From Bacilli bacterium (GTDB lineage Bacteria; Bacillota_I; Bacilli_A; RFN20; CAG-826), in assembly GCA_045628045.1 (NCBI GenBank), contig JAZQOV010000003.1:64001-128000 (forward strand): DNA of 64,000 bases. The letters are read 5' to 3'. Below are positions 27,682-35,525 of this stretch, piece by piece (position 1 is the stretch's first letter; every line of letters starts with the position of its first letter). The position numbers and the translations under genes were made by a program. Under the pieces are notes generated by a model. It saw only the letters and a list, made by a program, of their open reading frames with translations, was not told the DNA's origin and ran no database searches.

Positions 27682-29109
27682 TTAATTCTCAGCTCGATTA
27701 CTAGCTCCTTTTCTTTTCTTAAAATATAAAATCATAAATCCAACCGTTGTTACAAGGAATACTCCTGCAGTGACGGAGAGCAAAATAATAAGCGAACCGC
27801 TTGACATAAGGGTTCCGTTTCCGTCAGAAGGCGTATTATTGTAAAAGGTACAATCTTTTGTAAATGTAAAATCATCACTTGAAGCATAGACAAGATAGTA
27901 TGCGCCGCCTTCTTTTGATGCTTTGCAATCATGTATTTCTAAACACCATAAAGATTGATTTCTATCATTTCCATATACGCCACCGCCGTATTCTGCAGAA
28001 CAATTAAATATTGTTATGTGGTCTAAATCGTTATTAAATCCAGAAGCGTAAATGCCACCACCATATCTACCAGCTTCACAACCCGAGATTTCTAAAAATG
28101 AAGACAAACTTCCATACAAACTTCCTTGCTCACAATCGCTATAAATAGCACCACCATCAAATTTGGCAGTACAATCCTTAATTGATGTTTTGTCAAAAGA
28201 GCATCTTTGAAATGCATATTGACTTCTTTGATAATCGTAAGCCAAGTTATCTTCTATATAAATAGCACCACCATAATATGCTGAACAACCTTCAAAAGTT
28301 GATCCTTTTACAGTAAGAATTGGATTGTTACCACCATGAATGATATCTTCAAGATAAACCGCGCCACCATAATATGATTGACAATCATTAAATGTGCACC
28401 CAGTTAAAGATATGGTGTTGATTTTTTCCATGCAAATTGCACCACCATATCCTGTCGAACAACAATTTTCGAATTTACAATTTACAAAACTTGCATCATG
28501 ACAACCGTCACCCATTGCAAATATTGGGTAAGATAAATTAGTTTTGAAACCAAGAATTGTGGTGTTATACACGTCTAATCTACCGGTATCAACCCAAATT
28601 GAACAATTGTATTCATCGCCTGAACGTGAAGTTTTAATTGTTCCACCGTCGCCATTAATGGTAAGACTATAATCTAATTTCCAATAGTCGCCGTGATTTA
28701 TTTCTAAGGTTTTTCCGTGTAAATTGATTGTTATCGGCATAGGTAAATTATTACAAAGTTTCAAACTTCTGATGACATAGTCTTTTTCAAGATCAATAAT
28801 ACACTTTAACGAGGTTTTTTCACTCCAATAACTATAATAATTTGAATGCATTTCTTGAAAGGTATAATCCATGTTTTTATCTTTGAGTTCATAAATCATG
28901 TCTTCACCTTCATATACTCTAACTACTAATCCACTAACATCTAAGTGTGGAATATCTTTAGAAATCCCAATTGTTCTAACTGGCATTTCAGATTCAGTGT
29001 CAGCATGTACAGGAGCTATTTTATTAGAACTTCTTATGCATAAATTTGTGCCAACAACCATAAACGTGCAAAATAAACCAACTAAAATTGTTTTTGTTAT
29101 TTTTCTCAT
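27682..29109 (-). CDS. Secreted parallel beta-helix (GGA[IV]Y/Pmp-like repeat) protein with C-terminal GxxxSxGS-TM-basic tail
   Basis: Signal peptide ending PVHA/D; repeats C.A..GGA[IV]Y; C-terminus GTLMSSGSLIILLSVTAGVFLVTTVGFMILYFKKRK. Confidence 0.8.
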   Translation of the reverse strand: MRKITKTILVGLFCTFMVVGTNLCIRSSNKIAPVHADTESEMPVRTIGISKDIPHLDVSGLVVRVYEGEDMIYELKDKNMDYTFQEMHSNYYSYWSEKTSLKCIIDLEKDYVIRSLKLCNNLPMPITINLHGKTLEINHGDYWKLDYSLTINGDGGTIKTSRSGDEYNCSIWVDTGRLDVYNTTILGFKTNLSYPIFAMGDGCHDASFVNCKFENCCSTGYGGAICMEKINTISLTGCTFNDCQSYYGGAVYLEDIIHGGNNPILTVKGSTFEGCSAYYGGAIYIEDNLAYDYQRSQYAFQRCSFDKTSIKDCTAKFDGGAIYSDCEQGSLYGSLSSFLEISGCEAGRYGGGIYASGFNNDLDHITIFNCSAEYGGGVYGNDRNQSLWCLEIHDCKASKEGGAYYLVYASSDDFTFTKDCTFYNNTPSDGNGTLMSSGSLIILLSVTAGVFLVTTVGFMILYFKKRKGASNRAEN

Positions 29110-29316
29110 TTTAAATTTAACCTCGAAATTTACGTTATTTTATTTTATAGTATTTTATACTAAAAGTACAATAGATTTGTAACCCTCATGCTCGTTATAT
29201 CGTAAAAGAAATTAAACGTCAAAAATCTATAGAAAAATAGAATTTTCTTGGCCAAATTTCAGAGAAGACATCGAGTATATTTCTTCTCGTTACGACGGTT
29301 AACCATCAGTTCTTCC

Positions 29317-29460
29317 TGGAGGTTCGCTAGGTTCAAGCCTCTAAACCAAACAAAAAGACACCAAAAGGTGTCTGTTATTGTCTTGTCTTGCTGCAACAAA
29401 GTTAATATTTTTTATAACAAGTGCAACGAAGTTAATAGATTGAACGCGACGAAGTTAATA
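29317..29460 (+). repeat. Repeat module copy A: GGTTCGCTAG..GCCTCTAA + hairpin + three GCAACRAAGTTRATA boxes
   Basis: Boxes start at 29393, 29423 and 29446; direct repeat of 32056-32200. Confidence 0.85.
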
Positions 29461-29967
29461 TATTCTTTCCAATATTGGAGTAACTTCAATTATATTTTTA
29501 CTTTTATCAAGATGGTTTTTGTCCAAAACTGTCTTTGGTCTAACGCAGTATTTAGCATCAATAAAACCAATAGTACATTCTCCATTAGTAGTTGCAATAG
29601 TACATGAGACTTTGCCTTTTTCAAATTTTTCTTGGAATAATAATTTTTGTTCAAATACTGAATCAAAATTAACAAGATGTTTGAGCTTTTGCCTAACAAA
29701 ACCTTTTATTTCTTTTGATGAATCACAATCAAAATCGTCTTCCGCAATAGACTCATTAACACATCTATCAAAAAACTCTTCAGCACTTAAATTAGTTTTT
29801 ACACCAGTTAGATGTAGAAAATTAGTCTTATAAAATCTCAAAATATATTTGTCAGAAACAACAAAAAGATTTGAAGAAACAGTTATTTTTACATTTAATA
29901 ATTTTGAATAACTTTTTGCTGCATCAACTAGTTGATTTCTTGTTCTTGTTTTAAATGAGATCTGCAT
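29455..29967 (-). CDS. PBECR4-like (BECR-fold) predicted ribonuclease / toxin
   Basis: Y.L.F...NFLHLTGV...SAEEFF, QKL..L, ..IGF...YCVRPKTVL pattern recalled for PBECR4; start moved to MQISF. Confidence 0.7.
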   Translation of the reverse strand: MQISFKTRTRNQLVDAAKSYSKLLNVKITVSSNLFVVSDKYILRFYKTNFLHLTGVKTNLSAEEFFDRCVNESIAEDDFDCDSSKEIKGFVRQKLKHLVNFDSVFEQKLLFQEKFEKGKVSCTIATTNGECTIGFIDAKYCVRPKTVLDKNHLDKSKNIIEVTPILERIY

Positions 29968-29973
29968 AAGTAA

Positions 29974-30075
29974 TAAAAAAAGCGTTTTAAGGTGCGCCAC
30001 CACGACTTGGACAGGTTTAAGGTCTCTGGCCCGACGAATTGGGTGGTCTTTTTATGTCTCCCATCCCTCTTGACA
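29974..30075 (-). ncRNA. Candidate RNA antitoxin: three ~31-nt degenerate pseudoknot repeats ending in a U-tract
   Basis: Units TCAAGAGGGATGGGAGACATAAAAAGACCAC / CCAATTCGTCGGGCCAGAGACCTTAAACCTGT / CCAAGTCGTGGTGGCGCACCTTAAAACGCT between a consensus promoter and the nuclease ATG. Confidence 0.55.
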
Positions 30076-30080
30076 CTTAG

Positions 30081-30109
30081 ATTATAACAAAGTAATAAAA
30101 AAGATGCAA
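30081..30109 (-). promoter_or_regulatory. SigA-type promoter for the repeat RNA / PBECR4 gene
   Basis: TTGCAT-17 nt-TATAAT with extended -10 TG; GATGCA/TGCATC inverted repeat overlaps the -35. Confidence 0.75.
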
Positions 30110-30129
30110 TTAAATGCATCTCAAATTTT

Positions 30130-30207
30130 CTTGTCTTATTGCAACGAAGTTAATATTTCAAATCTTCACTGCAACGAAGTTAATAGTCGCTAGCAACGAA
30201 GTTAACA
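30130..30207 (+). repeat. Repeat module copy B: three GCAACGAAGTTAA boxes
   Basis: Boxes at 30141, 30171 and 30193, preceded by TTGTCTT; degenerate single box near 30297-30320. Confidence 0.85.
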
Positions 30208-30458
30208 TATGTTTTTCGCGCTTTTCGACACTAAAATGATAACTTTTATAATTTAATGTTTCAACAACCAATTATCATAATTTCATTGTATTAATATGTC
30301 TTGTTGTAACAAAATTAACACAATCAATTTAAATTTTTAAAAAAATAAAACTGTTATGATTACTTGTCTCATCTTTATCGCAATAATGATTTTTTAACCA
30401 AAACGAACGGACATGATAACTTTATCTGAACAACAATCTTATATCACAGATTTTCAAT

Positions 30459-30484
30459 AAAAAAGCAGGACTATAAGTCCTGCT
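30459..30484 (-). terminator. Intrinsic terminator after the antiporter gene
   Basis: AGCAGGACT/AGTCCTGCT stem plus U-tract. Confidence 0.75.
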
Positions 30485-30510
30485 AAATACATCAAACATC
30501 TATTGTGATA

Positions 30511-31755
30511 TTAAACACCATTATCAACGTTTGATATGCATGGATTAAGCAGCCTCTTGTAGCTCAAATTCATAACAAGAGAACTTAATGGCGCAGTTAT
30601 TAAAATAGATAAAGCAGAAACAGAAAGCACTATAATACCTGCAGCAATAACAGCTTCTGCTCTAGAATTACCATTAGCAAGCATTTGATTTCCTAAATCT
30701 AATAGTCCACCACCAATCGAGGCTTGAACTGTGGCTTTTGGCAAATAAGAAATAGTGACAAAAGACCTCTCTTTAAAGTTTAAATCAGTTTTAATTAAGC
30801 ATCCTTGAACCATTAGTGATCTTGCGGTTAATGAGATTGCTAAGATTACTAGAGCCGGCAAAATGTAAGTTGGAACGTATTCTAATCTAATTGAAGCTCC
30901 AACTAAGAAAAATAGGAACATCTCAGCAGGAATCCATACTTTAGAAGCTTTAGCACTTAATGCTGTAGCCTTTTCTTTTCTAAACATTCTAATTACGATA
31001 CACATAGAGATTGTTGCAAGTAAAGATGAGAAGCCTACATAAGGACTAATTACTTCTTCTAAAGCTACAAAGCCTATACCTATAGCGATTATTAAGAGTA
31101 ATTTCATTGAATCTCTCATGTGCACCTTTCCAAAAATAAGCTTTAATAAGAAGCCAAAACCTACACCAATTGCAACACCAATAACGATAGATAACAAAAT
31201 GTTTACAAAAGCCATGGCGTTTACATTACCGCCAGCTTCAATACTTATAAAAGTCTGATAAAAGACAATCATTACGATGTCATCAATGCTACTACCAGCT
31301 AAAACTAATTGAGGAATACCCTTCTTAGTTCCAACTTTTTCATCCATTAGTCTTGTCATCATTGGAATTACTACTGCAGGAGACACTGCACCAAGTACTG
31401 AACCAAGTAAAAAGGACTCAACATATGTTAAATCAAAGAATAAAGGGGCAACTAAGCCTACAACAATCATTTCAACTACTGCAGGCATAAAAGACATCAT
31501 AATAGCAGGCCTTCCTACTTTCTTTAAGTCTGCTATATCAAGCGATAAACCAGCTTTAACTAAAATAATAATTAAAGCAATTTTCCTTAAGTAAGGTGAA
31601 ATTGCAGCAAGATTAGGATCAAATGCTCCTATTGCATTAATCAAAATGCCTAATAAAAGGTAACCAATTAATGCTGGAACCTTAATCTTATTAAGTAATA
31701 GGAAAATTATTGCTCCACCACCTAGAATGATTAATAAGTCTAGAAAGAATAACAT
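30511..31755 (-). CDS. Cation:proton antiporter (CPA1, NHA2/NhaP-like)
   Basis: GAVSPAVV, GSSIDD, YLPKATVQA; ~12 TM; GGAGG RBS before MLFFL. Confidence 0.88.
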   Translation of the reverse strand: MLFFLDLLIILGGGAIIFLLLNKIKVPALIGYLLLGILINAIGAFDPNLAAISPYLRKIALIIILVKAGLSLDIADLKKVGRPAIMMSFMPAVVEMIVVGLVAPLFFDLTYVESFLLGSVLGAVSPAVVIPMMTRLMDEKVGTKKGIPQLVLAGSSIDDIVMIVFYQTFISIEAGGNVNAMAFVNILLSIVIGVAIGVGFGFLLKLIFGKVHMRDSMKLLLIIAIGIGFVALEEVISPYVGFSSLLATISMCIVIRMFRKEKATALSAKASKVWIPAEMFLFFLVGASIRLEYVPTYILPALVILAISLTARSLMVQGCLIKTDLNFKERSFVTISYLPKATVQASIGGGLLDLGNQMLANGNSRAEAVIAAGIIVLSVSALSILITAPLSSLVMNLSYKRLLNPCISNVDNGV

Positions 31756-31775
31756 TTTGATACCTCCCAAAGTAA

Positions 31776-31858
31776 ATAAAAACTGATGTATCTAAAACAA
31801 TGTCTAGATATCATCAGCATCAAATGCGGTTTGATTTAATCAGGGAGATATCATTCCC
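31776..31858 (-). promoter_or_regulatory. Fluoride riboswitch (crcB motif) with terminator expression platform
   Basis: GGGAATGATATCTCCC...AAACCGC...GCTGATGATATCTA fits the crcB consensus; CTGATG...CATCAG + U-tract overlaps it. Confidence 0.82.
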
Positions 31859-32055
31859 GAGATGTATGTATCATAACAAATTTATTTTAAAAAACAAGAA
31901 CTTGTCTCTCTTCCTGAACTTGTTTCTCTTCCTTGCCTATTGAAATTCAATAGCTTTACTTTTCAGAATTCCGTACAATAAAAGCCGGCTCATTAACTAG
32001 TGATTGCTTCTACTTTGTTACGAATCAATTGGGATTAGTTAATGAGTTTTTATTA

Positions 32056-32200
32056 TGGAAGGTCGCTAGTTCAGCCTCTAAGCCAAACAAAAAGGACACA
32101 TAGTGTCCTGTTATTGTCTTGTCTTGCTGCAACAAAGTTGATAGTTTTTAAAGTCATCGCAACGAAATTGATAGTTACAAAAGCAACAAAGTTGATAGTC
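32056..32200 (+). repeat. Repeat module copy C
   Basis: Boxes at 32129, 32159 and 32183; near-copy of 29317-29460 including the hairpin. Confidence 0.85.
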
Positions 32201-32309
32201 ATGTTTTTGTAACTTTTTATTTTATATATAAGATATTGAATTTTTACAATAAAATTCGTCTATCCTGCCCTCATCAAAGGGTGCGGAGGTAGGATTTGAA
32301 TTTCTTCAT

Positions 32310-32969
32310 TTATACGGCTTTTGACTGGTACTTATACCAAATTAGGCCATCCAACTTCTTAACTGTTAAGTGAGGATACTCTGCTTTTAGAACATTAACT
32401 GCATCCTTCATTAAACTCTGGCATTCAGCATTTGAAATGTCATACCCAATAGCATCTCTTATACAATGGTGAATATGAACGTCTGGTTTACATCTATCAT
32501 CTGTGCCAGCCAGCATAAATAAATAATCAGCACCAGCATCGCCCATTCCTTTAACTGAATGAATAACAACCTCAAGCAACTCAGGATGCTTAAAGTTTTT
32601 AAAGTCATCCATGGTATTAATGCCTAAATCTAATAGATACTCTGCTAATTTATAAATAACAGCAGATTTTCTGTTATGCCCAATAACCTGCATGTTCTTT
32701 AAAATATTCTGAGCAAATTTTTCTGTGCCACCTGCTTCATCAATGTGGTTAATAAGTTGTTTTAAATCATCACCTGTAGCATATTTATCACCATTCATGT
32801 ATGTTTTTGCATATCTATCAACAATTGGAACAGTAACTGCAAAATATTTAGCCCTTAAAGAATAAACACAATCAATTAAACAAACAGACATTGATGAATA
32901 TCCATTCGCGTAGTGCTTTTGATTTAAATCAAAATTAGTTTTACAAAATTGAACAAATTCTTCAATCAT
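32310..32969 (-). CDS. HhH-GPD/endonuclease III-like hypothetical protein
   Basis: SVKGMGDAGADYLFMLAG..D.CKPDVHI helix-hairpin-helix plus Asp; LDGLIW C-terminus. Confidence 0.6.
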   Translation of the reverse strand: MIEEFVQFCKTNFDLNQKHYANGYSSMSVCLIDCVYSLRAKYFAVTVPIVDRYAKTYMNGDKYATGDDLKQLINHIDEAGGTEKFAQNILKNMQVIGHNRKSAVIYKLAEYLLDLGINTMDDFKNFKHPELLEVVIHSVKGMGDAGADYLFMLAGTDDRCKPDVHIHHCIRDAIGYDISNAECQSLMKDAVNVLKAEYPHLTVKKLDGLIWYKYQSKAV

Positions 32970-32973
32970 AGTA

Positions 32974-34062
32974 TTAATTTTTATAAAGTTTAAAATCTCC
33001 TATTTCCTTAGTTCTTGAGTTAATAGTTTTTAAAGAAATTTCAGATGCATCCATACCAACCCAAGTCCTTGAACGTAATTTTGATGCCCACAATGTTGTT
33101 CCGCTACCGGCAAAGCAATCCATAACAATACTATTTTCAGAAGAAGATTCATCAATAATTCTGAGAATCATATCAAGATTTTTTTCTGTTGGATATCTTG
33201 GATATTGAGGATCTTTAAATGTCCAGACATCTTGTATTTTTTTACCTTTATGTTCATCAGCATATTTTTTAATTCTAGGGTTTCCTGTTTTTGACCATTC
33301 AATTAATCCTTTGGAATCCAATTCATCAAAAACTGCAGGATCGGTTCTCCAATGTCTACCTTCAGGAGGCATCATACCGCGCCATTCCTTCCCTGTAACG
33401 CCATTCGTCTCTCCTGGAGCATGTAACGGTATAGTTGTATAGCGCCTTCCATTTTCATCAATTTTAGGAAACAATTTCGCCAGCTCTTCATCGGAAGCTT
33501 TTTCCTTAATTTCATTCCATAATTGGTTTTTACCGTTTTTACAATAAAAGAAAATGACATCTTTTTCGTTTCCGTATGCTTTTCTATCAAAATTTTTTGG
33601 ATTAGATTTAATTCTTGTAATATCATTTCGATAATTTTCTTCTCCAAAAATTTCATCCATTAATATTTTTACATAATGACCAATTTTGTAATCTATATGT
33701 AGATAAATGCTGCCTCTATCAGTTAAAAGCTCTCTTATAATGATTAATCGTTCTCTTAAGAATTCTAAAAATTCACCTTTAGTCATTTCGTCAGAATATG
33801 CAACCTGTCCTTTTTTTGATCTGCTAATTGTGCTGCACCTTCCTTCTGATACAGCAAATGATTGATTTGTATTAAAAGGTGGATCTATATATACCAAATC
33901 AATACAAGGGCCGCATGTATTTAATAGTTTAGAGAGTCCTTCAAAATTATCTCCAAATATAAAATTATTTTGGTTTAAATCTAAATCTTCAAACTTATCA
34001 AAATTTCTTGATTGTTTGAGAATTTCACTCTCACTTAATTTTTCATCGAATTTTAATTGCAT
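32974..34062 (-). CDS. Beta-class amino (N6A/N4C) DNA methyltransferase
   Basis: DLVYIDPPF precedes YPTEK and DCFAGSGTT. Confidence 0.92.
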   Translation of the reverse strand: MQLKFDEKLSESEILKQSRNFDKFEDLDLNQNNFIFGDNFEGLSKLLNTCGPCIDLVYIDPPFNTNQSFAVSEGRCSTISRSKKGQVAYSDEMTKGEFLEFLRERLIIIRELLTDRGSIYLHIDYKIGHYVKILMDEIFGEENYRNDITRIKSNPKNFDRKAYGNEKDVIFFYCKNGKNQLWNEIKEKASDEELAKLFPKIDENGRRYTTIPLHAPGETNGVTGKEWRGMMPPEGRHWRTDPAVFDELDSKGLIEWSKTGNPRIKKYADEHKGKKIQDVWTFKDPQYPRYPTEKNLDMILRIIDESSSENSIVMDCFAGSGTTLWASKLRSRTWVGMDASEISLKTINSRTKEIGDFKLYKN

Positions 34063-34064
34063 AA

Positions 34065-34868
34065 TTATAACGAATATAAAAAGTCTCTTAATACTAAAGC
34101 AGAAACAATAATGTCATCAGGATTATTTTCTAGGTACTTATGCATTTTATTTTTGCCTTTTATATATAAAACACCGTCCATAATAGCTATTTTTACAACT
34201 TTAACATCCTTTGCTTTTCCGCCTTCTAAAATAGAGTGTGTGGTTGAAATAGCATCATCAAATTGAGCGTCTTGGTGACCACCAAAATCAGTTAAGAATT
34301 TAGCCTCACCAATTACATATGTATTGTTGAAACGAGCAATAAAGTCAAGTCCTTTATCTCTATTAAAACCAAAGTACTCCTTTGCAAAATTTTTCATTTC
34401 TGCATCGCTAATATTAAGAATCGCGTTTCCTTTGGATAATAAAAATTCCGGTACATTTTTATAGACTGGGGCTCCTAAACATCCTTTGTCTATCCAATTC
34501 TTAAACATTGGACCAATTTGTCTATTCGTTTCTTTTGGTTCTGTACAATTATCATAAATTTCATCAAGCCCCATTTCGTAGAGCATTCCACTAATACGAT
34601 CGATTGTATTAGGATTTCTTTCAATAGCTGTTCTATCTCTTTTCAAGTAAGCAATATAAGAATCCTTAATTGGGAAAATATCAAAATCGCACAAAGCTTT
34701 AATTAAATCTATATTATTTTTGTGTTCAAAATTATATTTAACAGTATTCCATTCTTTATCCCCAATTTCTCTCCTTGCATTAGCAGACATTGGGTATACT
34801 TTGTAAAGTAAATCTAAATAATTCTTTTGGTTCGCTAAATCAACACTTTGTTTTGTCCAGAAGTTCAT
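34065..34868 (-). CDS. Type II restriction endonuclease, probably Tsp45I family
   Basis: MNFWT...ANQKNYLD.L..VYP, PKETNRQIGPMF, KGLDF...IGEAKFLTDFGGHQ (D..ExK); AAGGAGG RBS; next to MTase. Confidence 0.78.
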   Translation of the reverse strand: MNFWTKQSVDLANQKNYLDLLYKVYPMSANARREIGDKEWNTVKYNFEHKNNIDLIKALCDFDIFPIKDSYIAYLKRDRTAIERNPNTIDRISGMLYEMGLDEIYDNCTEPKETNRQIGPMFKNWIDKGCLGAPVYKNVPEFLLSKGNAILNISDAEMKNFAKEYFGFNRDKGLDFIARFNNTYVIGEAKFLTDFGGHQDAQFDDAISTTHSILEGGKAKDVKVVKIAIMDGVLYIKGKNKMHKYLENNPDDIIVSALVLRDFLYSL

Positions 34869-34970
34869 AAAAGCCTCCTTATTTATATATCTTTGTGCTA
34901 AATAAGTCACAAAGAAATAAAGTATGGCAATATTATACTCCTCGTTTATACTTTTTTAAATTATTTTGAC

Positions 34971-35525
34971 TTATAACAATGACATATTAATAATTTCATC
35001 TATCGAAACTTTGAAAATAATAGAAAATTTATAAATTAGCTCGAGTGAAGGCAATCTATGACCTTCTGTGATTGCTACTATAGTAGATCTGTCAACGCCG
35101 ATCATACTAGCGAATTCCGTCTTGCTTGAATAGCTTTCTTTAATAAGAAGTTCAATCTCCTTACCCAAAAGAATCGGATTGATTTGTTTATAAATTGTGT
35201 TGTTTTTATTAAAAAATATCATCAGCCACTTGTCGTATGCCGATGATATTGATTGATAATAGAATTTAGGTTCTTCTTCATCCTTATGATGCCATTCAAG
35301 ATAATCTATAGCATCCTTTTCATATTGAGTGAGAAGATTATCGTATTCTTTATATAATAAAGTGTATTTAGTTTTTTCTATTTTATCTTCAAATGTATCT
35401 GGTTCACTTTGATTAAGAAATCTGTATCTTTTTGAATCAGATCTAAAGTCTCTAATGTATTCCTTAATAAATTTCTTAAATCCGTTTTTACTTTTTGCAA
35501 ACACATAAGCGCAACTTATCTTCAT
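34971..35525 (-). CDS. Protein with C-terminal XRE-family HTH
   Basis: SKTEFASMIGVDRSTIVAITEGHRLPSLE. Confidence 0.75.
   Translation of the reverse strand: MKISCAYVFAKSKNGFKKFIKEYIRDFRSDSKRYRFLNQSEPDTFEDKIEKTKYTLLYKEYDNLLTQYEKDAIDYLEWHHKDEEEPKFYYQSISSAYDKWLMIFFNKNNTIYKQINPILLGKEIELLIKESYSSKTEFASMIGVDRSTIVAITEGHRLPSLELIYKFSIIFKVSIDEIINMSLL

Noticed and set aside
29181-29240. Possible gene remnant NPHARYIVKEIKRQKSIEK* on the plus strand
   Set aside because: Too short to assign; no start or recognisable family.
29248-29607. 119-aa plus-strand ORF (also 29928..30119 on the minus strand)
   Set aside because: They run through repeat sites, a promoter or the antisense of the nuclease gene, and lack an RBS or recognisable motif.
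29981-30073. Leader repeats as a mini-CRISPR or tRNA
   Set aside because: No constant repeat/unique spacer alternation and no cloverleaf or CCA; pseudoknot units fit better.
29393-32200. GCAACRAAGTTRATA repeats as a CRISPR array
   Set aside because: Repeats are about 15 bp with 7-15-bp gaps, in separate triplets, and no cas genes are present.
32283-32300. Additional tRNA genes at 32283 and 36230
   Set aside because: Only 18 bp of T-arm/acceptor sequence; interpreted as att-like duplications.
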